Positions 56,622-64,000 of a stretch of DNA of 64,000 nucleotides are shown piece after piece; positions within the stretch are counted from its first letter, which is position 1; each line of letters begins with the position of its first letter. A program made the translations under genes and the position numbers. The stretch comes from an uncultured Gemmatimonadota bacterium (GTDB taxonomy: Bacteria > Blakebacterota > Blakebacteria > Blakebacterales > Blakebacteraceae): NCBI GenBank assembly GCA_964576115.1, contig CAZNUA010000008.1, positions 1-64,000 on the forward strand, read 5' to 3'. The notes below the pieces were generated by a model. That model did no database searches and was not told the origin of the DNA. It saw only the letters and a list, made by a program, of their open reading frames with translations.

Positions 56622-59389
56622 AAGACACCGACCGAAACGCCGGCACCCCGGTACGCTCCCGACGCTGGGTCGAGTTCCTGGTGCACCTGACCACCAAACG
56701 CTCCCGGGCGGTGCTGATCGTGGTCGGCCTCCTCACCCTGATCAGCATCATCCTCTCCGAACACATCGTCCTGCGCATGACCTGGACCGACCTGCTGCCC
56801 GAACACAATCCCGATGCGCTGGCCTACCGGAACATCCAGGACCGGTTCGGCGAGCCCTCGCTGGTCGTCGCCCTGGAGGGCGAGCGGGACGCGATCGCGG
56901 CCATGGCGCGCGACCTCGAACCCCGATTGCGGGACCTCGAGTGCCTCGACAACGTGCTGGGCGAGTTCCCGCTCGAGTTCATGCGCGACCACGGTTTCAT
57001 GCTGATCAAACCCGATCAGTTCGAGCGAACCCTGCGCATGCTCCGGGACTGGACCCTGACCGGCGCTCTACGCGGTCTCAACGACGACTTCGAGGGCGAG
57101 TACACCAGTGACGAGGGCAACCTGCGGCGCGACGAGGTCACCATCGCCCGCACCATGCTCGGCCTGACGCGCACCCTCGAACTCCTTGCGGCCGGCGCCA
57201 CCGGTGAGGTGGAACCCGCGGCGATGGCCGAGGCCGCCGACGCTTTCGCCCTCGGCGAGCCGTGGACCCTCTCCTTCGACCGGCAGATGCTCCTGATCAT
57301 GTGCACGCCGGTGGCGAGCATGAACGATATCGACCTGCTCATTGCCACCACCGCGGAGGTCGAGACGGTGGTGGAGGAGGTGGCCGCCGACCACCCCGCG
57401 GTCACGGCGGCCCTGACCGGCATGGCCAAGATCAGCCAGGACGAGATGAACTCGGTCGGTGTCTATACCATCCTGCTGAGCCTGCTGGCCCTGGTGCTGA
57501 TCTACATTCTGCTGACCCGCACCCTGGGCGGCAAACTGATCCCCCTGGTGGCGGTAGCCAGCCTGCTGGTCGGGGTGATGTGGGCCATGGGAGCGATCAT
57601 GATCCTCTTCGGGAGCATGAACGTCATGACCGCCATGATGGCCCTGGTCCTGCTGGGACTGGGGATCGATTTCTCGATCCACCTGGTAACCCGCTTCCGG
57701 CAGGAGCGCGACGCCGGGGTCGAGATCGAGGAGGCCCTGCGCCGCACCATCGGGGGCAGCGGAGTGGGGGTGATCACCGGCGCTCTCACCACCGCCCTGG
57801 CGTTCTTCACCCTGGTCGTGGGCGAGACGGTAGGGGTGCACGAATTCGGAGTCTCGGCCGGCCTGGGGGTGCTGCTGACCCTGCTGGCGGTCTTCCTCAT
57901 TCTCCCCACCCTGCTGGTACTGCGCGAGCGCCGTATCATCGCTCACGGCGGCGACCCGTCGGCAAAATCGCGGATCTCCCTGGCCGGTAACGGCTATGGC
58001 TGGATCGGAACGGTGGCCGCAACCGGGTACCGCCGCCCGGCTCTCTTCCTGGGCGTCACCCTCGTCATCATGGCTCTCTCCTTCTGGGCCAGCAGGAAGA
58101 CCGCCTTCGAATACGACTTCCTCGAGCTCGAGGCCAAAGGCCTGCGCAGCGTCGAACTGCAGCGTGAGATCCCCAGGCGCTTCGGCACCTCTGATCACGC
58201 CGCCTGGATCACGGCCGCATCTGTCGAAGAGAGCCGGCGCCTGAAAGATGCCTTCGAGGACCTGCCCGACGTGGCCGAGGTCAACGCCATCTCCGACTAC
58301 CTCCCCTCCCCCGGGCGTCTGGAGAGCTACACCCCCGCCCTGCGCGACTTCCGCGAGCGTTACCTGAACCGGAGTCTCCCGGCCTGGCGCTCCGGTGACG
58401 GAGCCGTCCTGAACGCCGAGGTCGATCGCCTGTGGGACAACCTCGACCTGATGTCGAACCTGGCCTACATGGCCGGGCTCGACCGTATCGTGCAGTCGAT
58501 CGACGTCATCACCGGGGTTGATTCGGAAACGGGCGAGGTCGATCCCGCCGCCATCCTCCCCACTCTCTCGCGGCGGCTGGCAGACGGCGTCGACGACCGA
58601 GCCTTCCAGCCCTACGCTGAAGTCTGGGCCCAGAGACTGCACGCCACCCTGGGGCAGATGTCCCGCCCCGAACCGGTCGAGCCTGGCGACATCCCCGGCC
58701 ACGTGGCCCGGATGTTCGAGGCTCGGCAAGGGGACGGCTACCTGATCCACATCGTGCCCCGCGGCTACCTCTTCGACAAGGAGCAGCTCGAACGGTTCAC
58801 CGAGCAGACCGAGAACGTCGATCCGGCGGTGGTGAGCACCGAGAAACTCTTCCTGGTCATGATCGAGGAGACGATCGCCGACGGTCGCGAGGCGGTCCTG
58901 CTGGCGATCGGGGTGATCATGCTGCTGCTCATGATCCACTTCCGCGGCCCGACCGGATTGCTGGCTATGGTGCCCCTGGTGGCAGGTGTACTGGGCATGC
59001 TCGGGCTGATGTACCTGATCGGGGAGAAGTACAACTACATCAACTTCATCGCCACTCCGATCATCCTCGGGATAGGCATCGACGACGGGGTACATGCCCT
59101 GCACCGCTATCGTGAGGAGGCGGGTCGGGGCTCAGACCGGACCGCCCGCAGCTTCCGGCTGGTAGGCAAGGCGATCCTGCTCACTTCGCTGACCACCATG
59201 ATCGGCTTCGGGAGCGTGGCTTTCTACGAGATGCGGGGCATGGCCAGTTTCGGCCGGGTGCTCTTCATGGGCGTGGGAATGTGCTTTGTCGCCACCATCT
59301 TCGTCCTGCCTCCCCTGCTGCGGATCTTCCACCCCGGCGAGCGGGAGGGCGAAGCGGCGCCCACAACGGCAGTCCCGACGCAGAGCTGA
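56618..59389 (+). CDS. MMPL/RND (HpnN/HAE3-like) lipid exporter
   Basis: Two repeats of 1+5 TM helices with large periplasmic loops; GLGIDFSIH, GIGIDDGVH, LTT..F motifs. Confidence 0.9.
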   Translation: MKDTDRNAGTPVRSRRWVEFLVHLTTKRSRAVLIVVGLLTLISIILSEHIVLRMTWTDLLPEHNPDALAYRNIQDRFGEPSLVVALEGERDAIAAMARDLEPRLRDLECLDNVLGEFPLEFMRDHGFMLIKPDQFERTLRMLRDWTLTGALRGLNDDFEGEYTSDEGNLRRDEVTIARTMLGLTRTLELLAAGATGEVEPAAMAEAADAFALGEPWTLSFDRQMLLIMCTPVASMNDIDLLIATTAEVETVVEEVAADHPAVTAALTGMAKISQDEMNSVGVYTILLSLLALVLIYILLTRTLGGKLIPLVAVASLLVGVMWAMGAIMILFGSMNVMTAMMALVLLGLGIDFSIHLVTRFRQERDAGVEIEEALRRTIGGSGVGVITGALTTALAFFTLVVGETVGVHEFGVSAGLGVLLTLLAVFLILPTLLVLRERRIIAHGGDPSAKSRISLAGNGYGWIGTVAATGYRRPALFLGVTLVIMALSFWASRKTAFEYDFLELEAKGLRSVELQREIPRRFGTSDHAAWITAASVEESRRLKDAFEDLPDVAEVNAISDYLPSPGRLESYTPALRDFRERYLNRSLPAWRSGDGAVLNAEVDRLWDNLDLMSNLAYMAGLDRIVQSIDVITGVDSETGEVDPAAILPTLSRRLADGVDDRAFQPYAEVWAQRLHATLGQMSRPEPVEPGDIPGHVARMFEARQGDGYLIHIVPRGYLFDKEQLERFTEQTENVDPAVVSTEKLFLVMIEETIADGREAVLLAIGVIMLLLMIHFRGPTGLLAMVPLVAGVLGMLGLMYLIGEKYNYINFIATPIILGIGIDDGVHALHRYREEAGRGSDRTARSFRLVGKAILLTSLTTMIGFGSVAFYEMRGMASFGRVLFMGVGMCFVATIFVLPPLLRIFHPGEREGEAAPTTAVPTQS

Positions 59390-59543
59390 ACCGCCTGCAC
59401 ATACCAGATCGTCCCAGCCGCCAGCCCGGGGACCGATTCGGCCTGCTCGATGCAGCCAGCCGGGAGTATCCTGCGTACACTATAGGAAACGTCTCCCCGG
59501 GGAGAGAGCGGTCGGAGAGATCCGCCGAAGGGAAGGAAGCCGC

Positions 59544-61355
59544 TTGAGCACCAGCACCGGAGCCCGCACACCGCACGATATCTACACCGCCCGGGTCGAA
59601 GAGGCCCGGGCCCGGTTGGCGGTCCTCACCCGCCGCTTCGAGCGTCTGGCCAATCTACGCCTGGCCGTGGCCCTCATCGGTCTGGCCCTGGCTGTAACCG
59701 CCCTGACCTCCACAGCCGTTACCGCCGCCTGGCTCTACCTGCCGGCGGCGCTCTTCCTGGGACTGGTCGTCGCCCACGACCGCAGTGACAGGGGCCGTCG
59801 CCGGGCCGCCCTGCAGGTCGATTTTTACGAACGGGGTCTGAGCCGGCTCGAGAACACCTGGCCGGGAGGCGGGATCGACGGCTCCGGATTCCTGACCGAA
59901 GACCATCCCTTTGCGGCCGATCTCGATCTCTTCGGGCCGGCCTCGCTCTTCGAACTGCTCTGCACCGCCCGCACCCGGGCCGGGGAAGAGGCCCTGGCGC
60001 GCTGGTTGCTGACACCCGCCGACGCGGACGAAATCGCCGCCCGTCAGAGAGCGCTGGCCGAACTGGCCCCCGACCTCGACCTGCGCGAAGAACTGGCCCT
60101 GCTCGGCGGCGGAGTGCGCTCCGAGGTCGATCCGACCCGACTCACGGCCTGGGGCGAGGCCCCCCCCGCGGTCGGAGCCCTGGAGACCCTCCTGCTGCGT
60201 ATCGGGGCCTTCATCGGTTCGGCCGGCCTGCTGACCTCGATGGTTTTGTGGGCCATGCGGATCTGGGGCCCCCTGCCCTTCTGGCTCTTCCTGCTGGCCC
60301 TGTGGGGCCTGTTCAGCGTGCGGGGCTACCGCCTGCAACGTTTGATTCAGGCGCTGGAAGAACCGCGGCGCGAACTCAAGGTGCTCGCCCTGGTCCTGCG
60401 GCGTCTCGAAACCCTTCAGGTCACCTCACCCCGCCTGATCGGCCTGCGCGACAGTTTCACCGCCGGCGGTCTGACCGCCAGCCGGGCCATCCGGCGCCTC
60501 GACCGCCTGGTGCAGTGGCTCGATGCGGGCCGCAACCTGATCTTCGCCCCGGTGGCCTGGTTCCTCATGTGGCCCCTGCACTTCGGACTGGCGATCGAAG
60601 CCTGGCGGCTCGAGGCCGGTCCCCGGATCCGGGCGTGGCTGGCGGCGCTGGGCGAGTACGAGGCGCTCTGTTCACTGGCCTCCCACGCCTGGGAGCACCC
60701 CGACGATCCCTGGCCCGAACTCCTCGAATCAGGACCGGTCTACGACGGTGAGGATCTCCGACACCCCCTGCTGCCCGAAGGGGAATGCGTGGCCAACTCG
60801 GTCCGCCTCGACGAGACCACCCGGGCCTGGGTGGTGAGCGGTTCGAACATGAGCGGCAAGAGCACCCTGCTGCGCACGGTGGGTATCAACGCCGTGCTCG
60901 CCTTCGCCGGCGCGCCGGTTCGAGCCCACCGTCTGCACCTGTCGCCGCTGGCGATCGGCGCCACCATCCGTCTCGAAGACTCCCTGCAGGCCGGCCGCTC
61001 CCGCTTCTACGCCGAGATCAGCCGCCTCAAACAGCTCCTCGATCTGGCCCGGGGCGAGCGCCCCCTGCTCTTCCTGCTCGACGAGATCCTGCACGGCACC
61101 AACTCCCACGACCGGGGTATCGGTTCGGCCGCGGTAGTGCGCAGCCTGGTCGGGGCCGGTGCGATCGGGCTGGTGACCACTCACGATCTGGCCTTGACCC
61201 GGGTGGCCGACGAAATGGCCGGCCGGGTGGTGAACATGCATTTCCGGGACGAACTGCGCGGGGGCGAGTTGACCTTCGATTACCGGGTGCGTCCCGGCAT
61301 TCTCGAGCGCGGCAACGCCCTGGAGCTGATGCGTTCGGTGGGGCTGGACGTCTGA
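59544..61355 (+). CDS. MutS-related protein: N-terminal TM helices + MutS domain V ATPase only
   Basis: ADLDLFG..SLF, HPL, SGSNMSGKST, SRFYAE, LLDEILHGTNS.DR, TTHD, FDY; TTG start. Confidence 0.88.
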   Translation: MSTSTGARTPHDIYTARVEEARARLAVLTRRFERLANLRLAVALIGLALAVTALTSTAVTAAWLYLPAALFLGLVVAHDRSDRGRRRAALQVDFYERGLSRLENTWPGGGIDGSGFLTEDHPFAADLDLFGPASLFELLCTARTRAGEEALARWLLTPADADEIAARQRALAELAPDLDLREELALLGGGVRSEVDPTRLTAWGEAPPAVGALETLLLRIGAFIGSAGLLTSMVLWAMRIWGPLPFWLFLLALWGLFSVRGYRLQRLIQALEEPRRELKVLALVLRRLETLQVTSPRLIGLRDSFTAGGLTASRAIRRLDRLVQWLDAGRNLIFAPVAWFLMWPLHFGLAIEAWRLEAGPRIRAWLAALGEYEALCSLASHAWEHPDDPWPELLESGPVYDGEDLRHPLLPEGECVANSVRLDETTRAWVVSGSNMSGKSTLLRTVGINAVLAFAGAPVRAHRLHLSPLAIGATIRLEDSLQAGRSRFYAEISRLKQLLDLARGERPLLFLLDEILHGTNSHDRGIGSAAVVRSLVGAGAIGLVTTHDLALTRVADEMAGRVVNMHFRDELRGGELTFDYRVRPGILERGNALELMRSVGLDV

Positions 61356-61402
61356 GATACCTGGCGGGCTCATCTCACAGGAAAGGAACGGTTGACATCG
61401 CC

Positions 61403-62545
61403 ATGAACAGAATCCTCGTGCTGGGAGCCGGACTCGTCGGCGGACCGATGGCCCGCGACCTGGCCGGTGACGACGCCTTCGATGTCACCGTCGCAGATAT
61501 GCAGGAAAATGCGCTGGCCGGGCTTACGGAAGGACACGCCGGAACGACGCTCGCGACCCGGCAGGTCGATCTCTCCGATCACGACGCCCTGGCTTCGCTG
61601 GTCGGCGATTTCGATCTGGTTCTGAACGCGCTGCCCGGGTTCATGGGCTTCCAGACCCTGCGCACCGTCATCGAAGCCGGCAGAGATGCCGTCGATATCG
61701 CCTTTTATCCCGAGGATCCTTTCGAACTGCACGAGCTGGCGGTCGAACGCAATATCACAGCGATCGTGGACTGCGGGGTCGCGCCCGGCATGAGCAATAT
61801 TCTGGCGGCGCACGCCGTCGACCGGCTCGATGTCGCCGAGACCATACTGATCTATGTCGGGGGCCTGCCCGAGGAACGCCGGGGCCCCTGGGAGTACACA
61901 GCCGTGTTCTCGCCCGCCGACGTGATCGAGGAATACACCCGTCCGGCCCGCTATGTTGAAAACGGCCGGGTTGTGATCCGCCCCGCCCTGAGCGAGCCCG
62001 AACTCCTGGAGTTCCCGGGTGTCGGCACCCTGGAGGCATTCAACAGCGACGGCCTGCGCACCCTGATCACGACCCTTGAGGTACCCAACATGAAGGAGAA
62101 GACCCTGCGCTACCCCGGTCATATCGACAAGGTGGCGGCTCTGCGCGATTCGGGCTTCTTCAGCACCGAACCGGTCCATATCGGCGGGGTAGAGGTCGTT
62201 CCGCTCGATTTCACCTCTCGCCTGCTCTTTCACGAATGGCAGATGAAACCGGGTGAGGGCGACCTGACGATCATGCAGGTGATCGTCGAAGGCCTGCAGG
62301 CTGACAGGCAGACGCGTATCACCTGGGATCTGCTCGATCGTTTCGACCGCACGGCAGGGGTTCATTCCATGGCCCGGACGACCGGGTACACGGCCACCAT
62401 GGCCTGCCGGCTTCTGGCCGCCGGCCTCTACCGCGAGAAGGGCATCTCTCCGCCCGAGTATCTCGGCCGTCGCCCCGATTGTGTGCAATTCATTCTCGGG
62501 GGCCTGCGCGAGCGGGGCGTGAAATACCGGGAGACAGTGGACTGA
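61403..62545 (+). CDS. Saccharopine dehydrogenase / lysine 6-dehydrogenase-like oxidoreductase
   Basis: VLGAGLVG, DCGVAPG.SN, VGGLP, EEY.RP, DGLRTL, KTLRYPGH, MARTTG. Confidence 0.88.
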   Translation: MNRILVLGAGLVGGPMARDLAGDDAFDVTVADMQENALAGLTEGHAGTTLATRQVDLSDHDALASLVGDFDLVLNALPGFMGFQTLRTVIEAGRDAVDIAFYPEDPFELHELAVERNITAIVDCGVAPGMSNILAAHAVDRLDVAETILIYVGGLPEERRGPWEYTAVFSPADVIEEYTRPARYVENGRVVIRPALSEPELLEFPGVGTLEAFNSDGLRTLITTLEVPNMKEKTLRYPGHIDKVAALRDSGFFSTEPVHIGGVEVVPLDFTSRLLFHEWQMKPGEGDLTIMQVIVEGLQADRQTRITWDLLDRFDRTAGVHSMARTTGYTATMACRLLAAGLYREKGISPPEYLGRRPDCVQFILGGLRERGVKYRETVD

Positions 62546-62595
62546 GGAACATCAAGACCCCGGAAACGCCCGGAACGATAACCCGATTATTCCCC

Positions 62596-64000
62596 TCACT
62601 CTTCACGGATGATCCGGGCGGGATCCACGGCCGCCGCCCGCAGGGCCGGAGGCAGCAGCGCGACCAGGCTGATGAGAAGATACAGCCCGACCGCTCCCAG
62701 GTACATACCGGGCGCATGCGGTTCGACGCCGCCCAGGAAGACACCGAAGATCGGCGAGACGAGCCAGGCGATGATCAGTCCGGCGACAAGACCCGGTGCG
62801 ATCCAGCGCCAGCCCCGGCTGATGATCTCCCGTACGATCCGGCGCCGACCGGCCCCGACGGCGAGTCGTATCCCCATCTCGCGGGTCCGCTGCCGGACAT
62901 GGAAAGCGAGCGCTCCGTAGATCCCGACCAGGGCGACCACCAGTCCGCCGAGACTGCCCAGCAGAGCCAGCAATCCGGTGGTTTCGAAGAAACGGCCGGC
63001 ATAGGCCAGCATCTCTTCGGCCCCGAACACGGGCGAGTCCAGAAAGGCGGAATACAGAGGCAGCCGGGGATCGGCCTGCCGCAGGGCATCCCGCAGGCGG
63101 GGAGCGAGAGCGGCCGGGGTTTCGTCACTGGCCAGGGCCAGAAAGACCCGGTCGGGATCGGCCTGCTCGATCGGAATGTAGACCAGGTTGAGTCGGGCAT
63201 TTTCGGACAGCCCCTGCACTTCATCGGGCACGATTCCAACGATCCGCATCCACTCACCGGCACCGGCCACACCGGTCACCCGCAGTCGGACCTGCAGGGG
63301 GTCGACTCCGGACAGGTGTCGGGCCCGGAACCCCTCGCTGATGACAACCACCGGATCCGTCAGACCGTCACCGGCGACAAGGGTTCGGCCGGCCTGCGGG
63401 TCGAGCCCGAGGATTGTAAAAGCACCGGGGGAAAGGGCGTTGACCATGACCGCTTCACGCTCGGTTTGCGGTCCGGCCGGACGCCCCTCGATCTCGAACC
63501 GGCCGATCGGCGCCTGGAAACCGGGCAGACCGGTCATCAAGGCGGCCGGCGCGCCCCCGGTACGATCCGAGACGAGCGCCGGCAGCCGGTTGCGCAGTTC
63601 CCGGCGAGCCGCGGCGGTCCGGTAGCGCTCCCCCTCGATCACGATGCCGGCCATGACAATCCGGTCGGGTTCGAACGAAAGGACTGCCTGCCGCCTCAGG
63701 GTCAGCCCGGAGGTCACGAAACCCGAGGTAATCAGGGCGATGACCGAGAAGGTCACCTGCAGGCCGAGAAGCGTGCGTCCGATCCGGTTCCGGCCGCGGC
63801 GACCGCCGCTGACACGGACACCGCTCAGAATCGCGCCCGGATCGGAGCCCGCTGCCTGCCGGGCGGGCAGGGTTCCCGAAACGAGGGCGGTCACGACCAT
63901 CGCCAGAGCCAGGAAGATCACGACCGGGACATCGAGCGAGACCTGCATCCAGTAGAAGCCCCAGTTCGCGGCCAGGGTGCCCTCGACGTACCCGATCGCT
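62596..64000 (-). CDS. ABC transporter permease (MacB/FtsX family); 5' end outside the window
   Basis: PARQA..DP, LQV.FS, GIYG....V.QRTREMGIR.A.GA, PA.RAA.VDP. Confidence 0.9.
   Translation of the reverse strand, partial: AIGYVEGTLAANWGFYWMQVSLDVPVVIFLALAMVVTALVSGTLPARQAAGSDPGAILSGVRVSGGRRGRNRIGRTLLGLQVTFSVIALITSGFVTSGLTLRRQAVLSFEPDRIVMAGIVIEGERYRTAAARRELRNRLPALVSDRTGGAPAALMTGLPGFQAPIGRFEIEGRPAGPQTEREAVMVNALSPGAFTILGLDPQAGRTLVAGDGLTDPVVVISEGFRARHLSGVDPLQVRLRVTGVAGAGEWMRIVGIVPDEVQGLSENARLNLVYIPIEQADPDRVFLALASDETPAALAPRLRDALRQADPRLPLYSAFLDSPVFGAEEMLAYAGRFFETTGLLALLGSLGGLVVALVGIYGALAFHVRQRTREMGIRLAVGAGRRRIVREIISRGWRWIAPGLVAGLIIAWLVSPIFGVFLGGVEPHAPGMYLGAVGLYLLISLVALLPPALRAAAVDPARIIREE

Overview
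High-GC bacterial chromosomal segment, densely coding with about 38 genes. I recognised no rRNA, tRNA, CRISPR array, transposase or integrase. The gene content suggests an anaerobic or facultative protein- and glycan-degrading heterotroph; the taxon cannot be fixed from sequence alone. It is rich in secreted peptidases (M28 x2, M14 x2, S9B, C69, S41 tricorn) and also encodes a sulfatase, a GH20 and an Asp-box hydrolase. Highlights: (1) a two-gene unit pairing a threonine/cysteate-synthase-like PLP enzyme with an unusual APS reductase::phosphoglycerate dehydrogenase fusion, a candidate cysteate (sulfonate) biosynthesis module; (2) a ~12.5 kb co-oriented cluster with a receiver::GcvH-like fusion, a glycyl-radical hydroxyproline dehydratase (HypD) plus activase, a fused serine dehydratase, and an SSS/nucleotidyltransferase/atypical GHMP kinase/long NagB/SDR sugar-salvage cassette; (3) a HEAT-repeat protein and an HD-GYP protein that share a paralogous N-terminal domain; (4) a membrane-anchored reductive-dehalogenase-like protein; (5) a ~23% GC non-coding island with an orphan promoter. 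All family assignments come from motif recognition by eye, not from database searches.
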